From Mobula hypostoma (Eukaryota), in contig NC_086097.1 of the NCBI RefSeq assembly GCF_963921235.1, positions 134,418,001 through 134,482,000 of the forward strand: DNA of 64,000 bases. The letters run 5' to 3'. This document shows, in pieces, positions 25,529 to 37,508 of this stretch. Both the position numbers and the translations under genes were made by a program. The notes below the pieces were generated by a model. That model did not search any database. It was not told the DNA's origin and saw only the letters and a list, made by a program, of their open reading frames with translations. Position 1 is the first letter of the stretch. Each line of letters begins with the position of its first letter.

Positions 25529-26957
25529 TAATGGCAAACACCAACAGCTATGTCATCCTTATATCCGAAAAATGAAAAACAAAATGCATAAACTTGATTA
25601 AAAGATGGCATTATACACCCTAAAGGTCACATGGTCCTAACGCTTCAAATAAACATAGGTTAGAATTTTCAACTCTTCAGGACTGGCCAAGGATTTCTTG
25701 GAGCTGAAAACTAATCTTCAGGATAGAGGTACAAGAAATAGAAATTGAAGTGGAAGTTGAGAAAAAGATTGGAGATGGGTAAATGGGTATTTTGATTGGA
25801 GAGGGCAGCTGGAAGTCATCTTGGAAGTTGTTGTTTTTCACATGAAGGAATGTGCATCTCCTTGAAACACTTGGCAGATCGAAGAGTTTAAATCTGTATT
25901 TAGTGCAAGGATTACTTTTAGAGCTTGCTAACTGGCTGGGATTTTCAGACTCCAGGTTAAAAGCTTTCATTCCTTGGAAGTCTAGTCATGCACTTAAATC
26001 AAGCATGTTTCTTCCCAGACCATTATAATGCAAACAACAAAGGGTAGCTCCATAAACAGTGCCACCATGAGTCTCTAAAGTTGGACTGATTTCTTTTTTG
26101 ATAATGGGCACATTCTTTCATACATAGTTTGCAAAAACAAGACAGTGTCTTTATTTCAAGGCAACTGGTAGCTCCAGATTCCAGCATGTGAGAAAATCAT
26201 GGTCAATTTCAAGCAAGTCTCAAGCACAGCGCTTTCAATCTGTTCACAGAATGGGAGTCTGAATTTCTTTCCAATAGTTTAACTCAAGACTGTATAATAA
26301 GTTGTGATGTGAGATTCCAATGTAACTGCATGCAAATGACAATGCATTAAATTGGCAGTAGTGTTTTATATTAATTGATAATCTACCTGTAATATTTATT
26401 AAGTGCATGTGCTTTCCTTCTTCAAATAAGTTAGAGAGGTCTGCAGTCCGAGGTGTGTTCCTGTACAGATACTGTTAGATGGAACAGATGATCTTCAGGT
26501 CAAAGGAAGGATAGTGTCCAATTCTGGGATCAGGAAGAGTGTAAAGAATGGCAAAGCATGGAAGGAAAGCAGGGGAGATTTGTTGGAATGACAATGTCAC
26601 TGAAAAGTGACAAGATCAGAGGAAAAGAGTGTTTGAGAGCAAAAACTTAAAGTGAAGGTTTAAAAGAAATGGTTCAAATTATGATGGATTTTATTTAACA
26701 TCTTTTCTGAAAAGTTGGTATCTCTAGCAGTGTAGCATGGATTGTTTGGATGCTAAAGGCATGCACATTGTCTGGTTCAATTATTACATGGGAAGCTCTC
26801 TGCTGGGAGGGATATGGTTTAAAATAGATCATTCCAGAAAAACACAGAGACTCCGGACTGTTTGCAACGTAGTTACGCTAAGAACTCCAGGCTTTCATTG
26901 TTCTTAATATAAAAAGTTGATGAGGTCTCTGGTTAGTTCTAAATAGTAAATCAAGTG

Positions 26958-27139
26958 TGTTATGTTTGTGGTACTGGGAAGCCGGGTGGCCATGAATAAC
27001 ACACACGAGAGACGGAGAGGCGTGGAACAAACAAGCTGCTGTTTGTTTTGCTTGTGCCCTCACACTATGTTCAGCACGTAATGCACAGGGAAGCTTTACA
27101 GCAACACATAATGGTCAAGATATACATGAATACATAACG
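26958..27139 (-). repeat. 3' LTR of the Gypsy remnant
   Basis: tgttatgtttgtggtactgggaagcc...aatacataac aligns with 29332-29495. Confidence 0.8.
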
Positions 27140-28821
27140 TATCCTTCCGCCCTTATTTTAAAGGTTTTGCCCCCTTCCTATACACAGATCAGCTGCTGAA
27201 CTATTCAATTCAATGGAGTAATCATCAAATTCAACCAACAACAAAAAATATTTTTTTCTAAACTAGGGAAAGAGAGTGGACTGCCTCTATTCCCAGAAAT
27301 AACCCAGGGGATTATTCTGCCCCATCTGCTGAGGGATGGTCACTAAACCTGAAAATGGTCAATGTATCTGGAGGCCACCTGATTCTGTGAAGCTACCAAC
27401 TACGTATGGAGGACACCAAAGTAATTTTATCTCTTGGTGGTGTGTGTATAGACCTTGACTTGGGTATTGCATTGTCAGTATGGGTCACCTCAGAAAGCAT
27501 AGCTGAAGGGAAGCACTGGCTGTGTCATTTGATCATAACAGGGGTTCTGCAGTCGTCTCAGAATACTGTCCCATTTCTACATCCGGATATGGATTGGAAA
27601 GCTTATTTTGGTTTTCAGTTGCCTCGGAAGTGGGCAACAGCTGATCAACATGTAAAGTAAACATGCCTTCTCCAGATGTTGTGGTAACTAGTTTCCACTG
27701 TGTACAACACAGGACTAGTTTGTGCCACACTGTCACAGGTATCCGTTTTGTTTCAGAGATGTAATTACGAGCAAGTACTCTCTCTCCTGCTGTGAAACTT
27801 CTGTACTTCACTTTGGCACGTTTCTCTGTTTGGGGTTTCTGTTCATTTAGCACAATCTGTTTTGTGTTTGGGGTCAAAGTAGGTCAAGACAGATCTGCAG
27901 CTGCCTTTTCATCAGTGCAGTGGCTGGAGCCATTTTGGTGATGGCACGAGGTGTGTTCCTATGTCAGCAAGAAAGTGTGAGGACGCTGTTTGAAGGATCC
28001 ACCTCCTGCTGAAGTATTGAGGGCTTGTTTCATTGTATGAATTGTTCAGCAAGGTCATTAGTGGCTGAATGAAATGGTGCTGACTGGATGTGCTGAATAC
28101 TGTTTGTTTCCATAAATGCCTTGAACTCTTCAGACAGGAGTTGTGGGCCATTATCATTTACAAGCTGTTGAGGAAGCGCAAAACAGCTAGATGGAATGAT
28201 ACTCCTCAATGCCTATTTCAGATGTAGTGCTCTTCATGCTGGCAACCTCAGGTCCTTTGTGTCCATTATGACCAAGAACATATGGCTTCTACAGATCCTG
28301 TAAAATCTATGTGAATCCTCTGCCGTGGTTCCTCAGGCCATTCCCATGGATGCAAAGGAGTAAGCTGAGGAATATTTCTCACGCAGACAATGTGTGCCTG
28401 CTATGGTCTTCTCTTCAATGGTTATATCCAGTCCTGGCCACCAGAAATAGCTGTGTGTGATTTCTTTCATGCACACTATGCCACAGTGTCCAGCATGTGG
28501 CTCATCAAGCACTTGTGTTCTTAACGGTGGAGGAATGACAACACGGTAGCCCCATTGTAAACTTCCTGCTTGGACTGTGAGCTCCTTCCATCGTGCCTGG
28601 TAAGGTTTTAATTCTGTGGTTGACTCTCTTTTCCATTCATGTCCACCGCTTTAGCTAGAACAGTGTCAGTACGTGTGTGCTTCCAGACTTGCACCTCAGT
28701 TTTCAGTGTAGGTATTTCCTTGAAGTAAAAGATCTCTTTCGAGGATGGCTCTGGCTCTGTAACAGCTAACAGAAGTCTGGATAATCTATCAGTATTCGAA
28801 TGATGACCAGAGCTCGTGTAT

Positions 28822-29001
28822 AAATAAACTCTTCTTGGGCTTCCAGCTGTGTACAGGTATCGATTATAACTGACGTTTCGATGACAAACTCCGCCATCTT
28901 CATCACATCAAGACTACGGTTATAATTGATACCTGTACCCAGCTGGAAGCCTGAGAAGAGGTTATTCGTCATAAACACCGGGAAAGCACTAGATCCTTTT
29001 T
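28822..29001. mobile_element. Second-family fold-back mini-element with a hammerhead-like motif, inserted in the Gypsy pol remnant
   Basis: About 50-bp inverted arms (28823-28872 / 28917-28966); 14-bp TSD CAGAGCTCGTGTAT / CAGACCTCATGTAT with 2 mismatches; minus strand reads (g)TGATGA-AGATGGCGGAGTTTGTCATC-GAAA-CGTC. Confidence 0.8.
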
Positions 29002-29152
29002 CAGACCTCATGTATTTTATATCTTACTGATGTACAGATAGCAACAGAGCCCAACATTGCATTTGATAAGCAGCCATGGAAGGAATACCCACATGTGGAC
29101 CAAAAACTGAATTCAAGGGGTGATCATCTGTCAGTAGTGTAAATCATCGACC

Positions 29153-29331
29153 TTTTGCATTAAAATACACACATTTCAACCCATCTAACTGACTGCAATT
29201 TTGTCCTGTCCACTGCCTATCCTTTCTCAGTCTCTCCATACACTGCATCTACCTTTACTGTAATTGTCCCATCCTCTGTGCTATCGCTCTGGTTCCCAGT
29301 CCCATGGCAACTAGTTTAAACCCTCCCTGAC
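29153..29331 (-). mobile_element. Internal CR1 segment (ORF1 end, spacer, ORF2 start) inside the LTR element
   Basis: Minus strand reads agggagggtttaaactag (REGLN*) ... gggttgaaatgtgtgtattttaatgcaaaa (GLKCVYFNAK), typical of a CR1 ORF1/ORF2 junction. Confidence 0.65.
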
Positions 29332-29495
29332 TGTAATGTTCATGGTACTGAGAAGCCAGGTGGACATGATCAACACACACAAGAGACAGAGAGGTGAGGA
29401 ATAAACACGCCATCTCACATTACGTTCAGTACATAACATACAGGGAAGTGTGACAGCAACCCATAAGGGTAAAATATATACATAAATACATAACA
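29332..29495 (-). repeat. 5' LTR of the Gypsy remnant
   Basis: TG...CA ends (tgtaatgttc...tacataaca); aligns with 26958-27139. Confidence 0.8.
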
Positions 29496-30559
29496 AAGGG
29501 TACCTCAATCTGACTTTAGGCTAATTCACCCTTTAATTTGACCTGGGTGACGACCATGTTGCTGCCTGCTACTCGAAGACATTGGAGTTAGCGCACAAAA
29601 GCAGCATGCAGTGTAACCGTGAGTGACTGTCTTGGATGTTTCTCTTGCAATCACAAGACCTTGTTGGACGTTGATAATGTAAGACACCACAGGCCTGTTT
29701 CTCCTGTTTGGTGGCGAGACAGGCGATGAGGCAGCAGGTAACCTCTGTTGTAGCAAAGACTAGGCCTCAAGCCACGGGCTTGTCTGCTGCTGAAGTCCAT
29801 GTGAGATGATGCTGGAAGCAATGTAGCGTGGAGTCCCTGCTCGGTTGGGAGCTGGCCTCTCCTATCAGTGCTGCCCTCCCTGTTTGATCAGTGGAATGAT
29901 AGGCTGGATTGCTGGGAGCTGTACCATCAATTTGCATGTCGCTCAGGGACTTGGACTATACTTGTGGTTTCTTGCGGAACAATATGTTTTTTCTCTCTCT
30001 CTTGTTATTTTGAATGTATGTTGTGCACCATGGCCCCAGAGGAATGCTGTCTTATTCAAATATATCCATGTATAGTCTATTAAGCTTGATTTGATTTGAT
30101 TGACCAGAGTAGGTAAGAAATATGATTTGCAAATTTTAGCTGTTACAATCTGAAATTATATGCTGAAGTTTCTCCTTCCAGGTTTCCAAGCTGCTACAAT
30201 GCAGAAACTGCCCTAACCATAGTTCTATGAGACTATTGTGCATTATCCTTCCTAGAACCTTGTGCAGATTTTTCTACGGTCACCCATTTACTTCCAATAT
30301 CTCTCTTCAGAATGTCTACTATGCAATTCCCTCCAAAGATACTGTTCAACCCGAGCTCCTCCAGCATCTTTCTTGTTGCTTCAGAATCCAGCTAGTGGAC
30401 TATTCTCCACAAGTTGCAATCTTCCACTTATGAGAGCTACAACTCGATACTACTGAATGCTGGTCCCTCCTGATGCACCTGTAGTTCTCGCTTTTATCTT
30501 TATCTCATCTACATCCAGGTCGTACAGTGCCCAGTAAGCTGCCTCCCCATGACTCCAAA

Positions 30560-30825
30560 TGCCACAGTGCTGTCTGTGTGGAAGGTGCACTTTTTCCATG
30601 AGACCCCAGAATGTTCTGGTTTTCTTCAACAACCCATAGATATCTACAAAGGTCGCTAGGCTAATTGGCTACTGTAAATTGTACCTAGTGTGTAGATGAG
30701 TTGTAGAATGTGAGGTGAGATGATGGGTGGAGGATAAGAATGGGATAATGTAAATGGTTGTTTTATGGTTAGTAAGGAATCAGTGAGCTGAAGGACCTGT
30801 TTCTATGCCATATGGCTCTATGACC
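30560..30825 (+). mobile_element. Degenerate V-SINE/HE1-like SINE with CR1-like tail
   Basis: ctgtctgtgtggaagg...gttctggttttcttc...aattggctactgtaaattg...gctgaaggacctgtttctatg...ctctatgac. Confidence 0.55.
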
Positions 30826-31171
30826 TGACCACACCGAGGGAATACTGCACAGTCAGTGCTATTCAGATAAGACCAATCTACCTTTTCAAAGCCTCTTATA
30901 ATTTTGAGCACATAATTACATTCCCCCTCAACCTCAGCTATCAACTGTTGATTTCTCCTTCAGCAACCCTTCATACAGCCCACAGTGTTAGTGAGAAATC
31001 ACCTCAGGGGTTGATCACTGATTCCCAGCTTCCAGAGCAAAGACCCTATATTAGTCTCTTAACCCTGGCCTTACTCCAATTGATCTTCTCCGCACATTTT
31101 GAGAGGCTTTGGGGTATTTGCTAAGGTATAGAAACTGAACTGAACACAAATCTTTGACTCACCTGAATGTA

Positions 31172-32233
31172 CAGTGGATTCTGGACACATCAGGAACAGT
31201 ATATTTTGGCCCACTAAAGCAGCTGCCCCAATTAGCCTAAGTTTCATGGAAATAGCTAAAAAGGTATATAAAAAAAGACAAACTTGCGTATTTAAATTAA
31301 ATACAGAGCATATTAGAATACTACCAATACTATAAAGGAACGGTACGTCACATCCGGTTTCTCCGGTTAGCGGACCATTTCCCTCCACGCCTTTCTGACC
31401 TAGTGGGGAACCGCGTACGAGGCAAGTTACAGCAGTGGTTTGCCATTGCCTTCTGCCGGGTGAATTTCCAAAGAGATCACCAGCTCATAATCCAGCACGG
31501 ATGGAAAGCGTGCAGGGGAGCCAACTGGATTCGAACTCGGGACCCTTCGTCCCGAAGTCTGATGCTGATGCCACTATGCCATCAGCCGGGTCCACCAATA
31601 CTATAAAACTGTGTATTAGTTCCTAATTGTTATTGATGGAAGAATTCACCTGGGTGCATTGCTGTGTTCTTTTGATTGAATGTAAATGAACAAAACAGCC
31701 CGGACACCTAGTGCAAATAATGGACTGCCTTCATACAATGCTTTCGACAACTGCATTCTCCAATTTTCATTGTAATATTCAAGATGATTGTTCATACCTT
31801 CAAATACTTCATCGTTCCTAACTTGCTGAAGTAGTGAAAGTTTAATTTTCACTCTCATCCGTTTCTCACTTCTCCAAGTGTGAATGCTTAAAACTGCAGT
31901 GACCAAAAAGGTTCTAAATTGCCTTACTGCTTATTTCTTTCCAACTATCAATGACAAAAATTACTGCTTTTAAACACAAACACACACAACTAACGCTATT
32001 TAAAAACTGTTCACTCTAAGCATGTTGTAGTGTCTAACGGTCACACAAATGCATACGACTGACGCTAGTAGGAAACTGTTTAGCAACAGTATCCTGGCCC
32101 AATTAAGTGTCATAGTGTCCCAAATAAATGAAGGGAATCCCAGCAATTTTCTCATTTAGTTTTTGCTCTTTGAACTGACCCAAATAAGTGGCTGCCCTGA
32201 TTAACCAATGGCCCAATTAACCAAGATCCGTTG
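31172..32233. mobile_element. Non-autonomous Tigger/pogo-type element, second copy
   Basis: Starts TA|CAGTGGATTCTGG; the minus strand retains DSWKEISSKAI*NLFGHCSF, like a pogo DDE C-terminus (W...TI.NCF.H.GF); collinear with 2048-5684. Confidence 0.75.
31337..31593 (-). mobile_element. tRNA-derived SINE with RTE-type body, young
   Basis: Perfect 14-bp TSD ACCAATACTATAAA (31323-31336, 31594-31607); minus-strand A box TGGCATAGTGG and B box GAGTTCGAATCC; GAAGGCAATGGCAAACCAC motif as in RTE-related SINEs. Confidence 0.85.
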
Positions 32234-32246
32234 AATTCTATTTCCT

Positions 32247-32479
32247 AAGTAACTCACACAAAATGCTGGAGGAACTCAGCAGTCAGGCAGCATCTACGGA
32301 GGGAAATAAACAGTTGACATTTCAGGCTGAGACCCTTCATCAGTCCTAACAAAGGAGACCAGGTGAGGCGCTCAGCTCAAAACATTGACTATTCATTTTC
32401 CTCCATAGATGCTGCCTGACCACTAAATTACTGCAGCAATTGTGTGTGTTACTCAAGATTTCCAGCATCTTAAGATGTC
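32247..32479. mobile_element. Penelope-derived fold-back mini-element
   Basis: Inverted arms; 9-bp TSD CTATTTCCT (32238-32246, 32480-32488); minus-strand CTGATGAAGGGTCTCAGCCTGAAATGTC hammerhead core at about 32312-32346. Confidence 0.8.
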
Positions 32480-32713
32480 CTATTTCCTGTTAGTTTAAAT
32501 GCAAGGGTACACCTGGTATTCATTTGTACCCTTAATGAACAAAACAAATTATTGCTTACAAAAATATCTGATTGTTTAATTGTTTGGCATTGCAACGGCT
32601 CAAACTGCAAACTTCTGATGTAAAATAACCTGTGGGCTCCAGTCAGTTGAAACACCATTTCATGCTTACCTCACCACTGATCATGTCATGTGATCACATC
32701 ACATGAGGCAGCT

Positions 32714-33785
32714 GTTTATTGATTGCGACTCAGCGTTGAACATCATCATCTCCTCATTACTACTCAACAAGCTTAGCCTTTGTACTTCCCTCTGCAAATA
32801 GATCTTTAACTTCCTCCTTGGGAGACTAGAATCAGTGTGGATCAGAGGTAACATCTCCATGATGATGATCAACACTGGAACACCTCATGGGTGTGTGCTT
32901 AGACCACTGCTCTACTCTCTTTACACTCATGACCGTGTGGCTAGGCACAGCTCAAGCGCCATCTATAAATTTGCTGATGACTCAACTGTCATTAGCAGAA
33001 TCTCAGATGGTGATGAGGAAATGTACCGGAATGAGACCGATTGGCTGTTGAGTACTGTCGTGACAACCACCTTGCACTCAGTGTCAGTAAGACCAAGGAA
33101 TTGATTGAGGATTTCAGGAAAGGGAGGGCGAGGGAGCACACATCAGTCCTCACTGAATGATCAGCAGTGAAAGGATGAGCAATTTTAAGCTCCTAGGTGT
33201 CGATATCTATGAAGATCATCCCGGACCCCACATATTGATGCAATTATGAAGAAGGCATGCTGGTGGCTATATTTCATGAGTTTGAGGAGATTTGGTATGT
33301 CACCAAAACTCTAGCACATTTTTACAAATGTACTGTGGAGAGCATTCTAACTAGTTGCAACACGCTCTGGTATAGAGGGGCCCACTGCACAGAATTGGAA
33401 AAAGCTGCAAAGTGTTGCAAACTCAGCCAGCTCTATTATTGGTACTAGCCTCCGTGGCATCCAGGGCATATTCAAAAGGTGATCCCTTAAAAAGGCAGTA
33501 TCCGTCATTAAGGACCCCCACCTCCCAGGACATGCCCCTTTCTCATTCCTACTTTCATGGAGGAAGTACAGGAGCTTGAAGACATACACTCCACATTTCA
33601 GGAACAGCTCCTGCCCCTCCACCATCAGATTTCTGAATGGACAATGAACAAACCCATCAAAACTATCTCAGTACTTTTCCATTCTCTTTAATTAATTTAA
33701 TATTTTAACATATTTCATATTGTAATTGTTTTTTGTATTGTTCTGTATTGCTGCTGCAAAACTACAAATTTCATGACATATGTAA
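32714..33785 (+). mobile_element. Rex1/Babar LINE RT and 3' fragment
   Basis: NTGTPHGCVLRPLLYSLYTHD..IYKFADDSTV and FYKCTVESILT motifs. Confidence 0.85.
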
Positions 33786-34304
33786 AGCAGAGCTTTTGAC
33801 ACTGTAAGAGTGAGATTGATCCCTTTAAAGATGTAGCACTGCCAATCAACTTCTGTGACATTATCATACATTTGGAATCACATGCCTCCTTTATATCCCT
33901 ATGGTTGAAGAATTTTGAAATAAATTTAAAACCAGCATTAGAGTCAGAGAACTGTGTAACGAGCCCTTCGGCCCACCACCTCCATGCTGACCATTTTGCC
34001 TATCTATACCAATCTCATTTGCCCACATTAGATCCACATCCTTCCGTTCCTTGCCTATTCTAGTGATAAAACAAGCATTCTCGAAAACTTTTCCTTTCGA
34101 TCTCTTTTCTCCGAATACAATCTTTCTTTCTCGTACTTCATATAATTCTCTGCACCCATCTTCTGTTTAAGTTCACCCTCTCTGAAACACATGCATTTTC
34201 CCTCCTTGCACCAATTCGCAGCCCTTCTATTTAATTTGTCTTGCAGTTTTCCTTTTGTGATGTCAATAACTTGCCAAAAAATTCAAACGGATAGCAACAC
34301 AGGA

Positions 34305-34695
34305 GCAAATCATAGAGTCATAACATTATTCAGCACAGACACATGCCTTCAGCCCTTCTGGTCCATACTGACCAAGATGGCCCACCCAACCTCGTCCCAT
34401 TTACTGGCAATTGGCTCACAGCCCCCTAATCCATTCAATTGTATGTTAAAAGCTGGTACTATACCTGTCTCAACCACTTCTTCTAGCAGCTAATTCTACA
34501 CATATTCCACCCTTTGTGTATAAAAGTTGCTCCTGAAGATTCTAATATATCTTTTCTCTTTCACTTAAACTCATGCCCTCTCACTGTTGACTCCACAAAC
34601 CTGGGAAAAAGACTGAGCGCATTCATCTTATCTATGTCCCCCAATGATTTTATACATCTCTATAAGATTACCTCTCAATCACCTGTGCTCCAGGT
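34305..34695 (-). mobile_element. Old CR1 3' fragment
   Basis: catagagtcata tail, gcccttctggtcc, ctgggaaaaagact and tataagattacctctca; similar to 56573-57465. Confidence 0.6.
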
Positions 34696-36334
34696 CTGAC
34701 AAATGACAGGTGGATAACAATGCTATTGGGTGACCTGCCACAGGAAACTATGATCCAACAGCACTAAAGGGAAAATGAACTCATATTTATTTATTGCTGA
34801 AATCAATCTATCAGAGTTTGACTGGAGATTATCACTAGAAAAGCTGTACTTGATTATTAAAGAGCCCAATGAATGAGTACAGCACTGCTCCATTTAAAAC
34901 ATATTAAAAACATTTTTAAGATATCTCAAATGTATTATTGTATCAATGAAGATGGAGGACTATTATTTCAGGGCCTCCAGCTTTTTATTTAAGAAAGGTT
35001 TCTCTGAGACTTCAGGAAGTGATTGTAAGTTCAGAGAACACTAATTGTACAGTTACATGAACCCATCAATAAATTACACTGGTGCGGACAAACTGGCAAA
35101 GCTATTCATTAAAACTGCTATCACCCTGGTAGCTCACTGTGCCTATATTTGATTATATGCACAGACATCCTGAACACATCTGTAAGAAAATCACTCTTTA
35201 GATATACAATGATGTGTAAAATTCATCCAGCATCACTCAGCCTGAAAAGTTTAACCAAAAACTTAATTGCCTTTAAGTATTAACATTTTGAAACTAAGAC
35301 TTAATTGAGTCTGAATAAATTAGGGTCATTTGCAAAAAAAGAGCCAGCAAAAAACAACACGGATTCAATTGAAGAACAAACACCACAAATTCTCATTCTA
35401 GGAGTCTGGGGTTTGGGGTACTGAGGCAGTGAGGGTCATTTTACTTCCACGTGGAACAATAGTGGATCCACTGCAAGATTGAATTATGGTCTATCTGACA
35501 GAAACTTCAATCAGGCAGCATATTCCACCAATTACCAGCTGAACAAGGTTAGAACTATTCCCACATTTTCTGAATCTGACTAAAGATTCTAAGTAATAAT
35601 TTTTAACTTCAGCTCCACTGATCTTTGTATTTTCAATTCCTCATCTACTGACTGCTTCTGTGAAAAACTTGTGTCTCATTGAGGAAGGCGCTGGAAATGT
35701 GAGAGTGGTTCACAGTCTGTTCCAGGCTTTGCACGATGTTGGCTTCAGGGGTGTTGTAAAAGAAGTTGTACATATTGCAGATAACTCTCTGTGTAGCTGC
35801 TTACTTTAAGTGAGGTAACCTGCGATATTGATACAAAGTAAAGTTAATCGACATCTAACAATTGTGATCCATTTAACTTACAGTATGGTATTCAAGGCAG
35901 CTTGGGTAATACCAGAACCTTTCAAGCTATGTTGCTAAAACTGCAATTATGCAGTTATTTTGAGATTTCTGGAAGGGTGAAATACCATTTTTCTCCCTAT
36001 TGGTTCATCTTATCTACAACAGCCAACAGTATGCTTTTCCATTGCCTATCTGTTGGCTCAGCTTACATATCCAAACCAACATTGTGCCTTTTGTTGTCTG
36101 TTCATTATTTCAGCTTCTCTACAAGAAATGACACTGTGTCTTCTATTGACTGCCGGCTGGTAAATTATTTTCTTAAGCCACAAGTAAGGAAAGAAGTGTA
36201 TTTAAGAACTCTACAAGTTGAAGACAAGTCTCCAAGTCAGGAACTGAATAACTAGGTGATGTCAGTGTTGCAGAAACGCCCTATTATGTAAAGAAGACAG
36301 ATTTTACAAGGCCGTGGGGATTAGAGAGTCATTG

Positions 36335-36570
36335 GGACTCTTCATCTCATGTTCTCGATATTTAAAGTGTATTCATTTTTCTAATTTATACTTGCAGTTT
36401 GATGCCTTCTGCACATAGGTTGCTTGTTTGTCTATCCTGTTGGGTGTGTTCGTTCATTGATTCTTTTGTCTTTCTTGAATTTATTGTGGATGCCCGCAGA
36501 GAAAACAAATCTCAGGGTTGTATATGGTGACATCTTTGTACTTTGAAAATAAATTTACTTTGATATTTGA
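36335..36570 (+). mobile_element. Rex1/Babar 3' UTR fragment
   Basis: ggactcttcatctcatgttctcgatattt...aatctcagggttgtatatggtgac...aataaatttactttga, shared with 14960-15210. Confidence 0.7.
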
Positions 36571-37341
36571 ATCATACAGCACATCAATTACCCACCTGTA
36601 ACTAAAAGTTTTGTTTTGCTAGGAATCATCTAACAAGGTTTCTCTCCTGTTCTGGAGATTTTGCTGAAGAGAAATTTCTTGCCCGTTCCGTTCCCCATAG
36701 ATTGGAGTTGATCAAAATTCTGCCTCCTGTGTTCTAAATATGCCAGAGTTTGCTGGCTTACACTGGGCCTCAGTCTGGTAATGCCTCAATTTGAAAATTC
36801 TTAACTTTAATTCACACCTGGCTTTTGACCATGCTATTGAATAACCCCCACAAACCTTTGATCTCCATGTTTTTCTTGTAAAGTCCTTTTAATTTACCCC
36901 TAATTTCCAAGATCCTACCATTAATGAGTGTACCTTCAGCTACCTGGGCACTAAACTCTGGAATATCTTCTCCAAGTCCCTCAACTCCTCTCTACCCCTT
37001 CATTTCTAAAAACCTACCTGTATGATCAAGATTCTGATGTCCAAACACACAGCTCAGCATGAAACATTGTTGACAGAGCTCTTTGGGATAAAGATACCGT
37101 ATAAATGTTGGAGGTTTAGCCTTCAAAGGGTTAACTAATGGATTGAGAGAAATTAACACAGGAGAACCGAAATCCAAACTTCATCAGCACTTATTGGTTG
37201 GAGTAGAGTCTTTTATAATAGTGCAATTTCTCTGTGTGTGAATTATTTTGGATACATGAATTTCCGCCAAGTTTCCTTTAGCCAGGCGTACATTGCTAAG
37301 AGACTTAACGATCTCTTTATTCAGACGGTTAAATTGCAAAC

Positions 37342-37508
37342 CTGTGTGGGTCCTGAAGTGATCTCTCATGGCCGATGCTGTGAGGAAAGAATAGTGGCAG
37401 GTCAGCCAAGGGCACTTGAAAGGCTTCTGGCCCATATGCAGCTTCTTGTGGTTGGTCAGGGCCCACTTCTCAATGAATGTTCGGTCACAAATCTCGCACA
37501 CAAATTTC
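37342..37508 (-). CDS. ZNF407: ZNF407 internal coding exon (167 nt, phase 2 to 1): (R)KFVCEICDRTFIEKWALTNHKKLHMGQKPFKCPWLTCHYSFLTASAMRDHFRTHT(G)
   Basis: Acceptor ttcttttaattttgcacaacAG, donor GTttgc; two C2H2 fingers inside ORF 37184-37582; splices in frame to 15934; peptide recognised as ZNF407. Confidence 0.94.

Larger units (their letters stand above)
26958..29495 (-). mobile_element. Gypsy/Ty3 LTR retrotransposon remnant (two LTRs, RNase H end, integrase)
   Basis: Direct LTRs at 26958-27139 and 29332-29495; purine tract (AAGGGCGGAAGGA on the minus strand) next to the left, 3' LTR; minus-strand motifs FTLLTD, HAGHCGI..YFWWPGL, HPWEWP..RIHIDF, DNGPQ, VLARNY, HVDQL; near-TSD AAGTG/AAGGG. 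Confidence 0.85.

Noticed and set aside
31520..31593. tRNA gene
   Set aside because: A and B boxes are present, but it is the head of a TSD-flanked SINE and I could not build a convincing cloverleaf.
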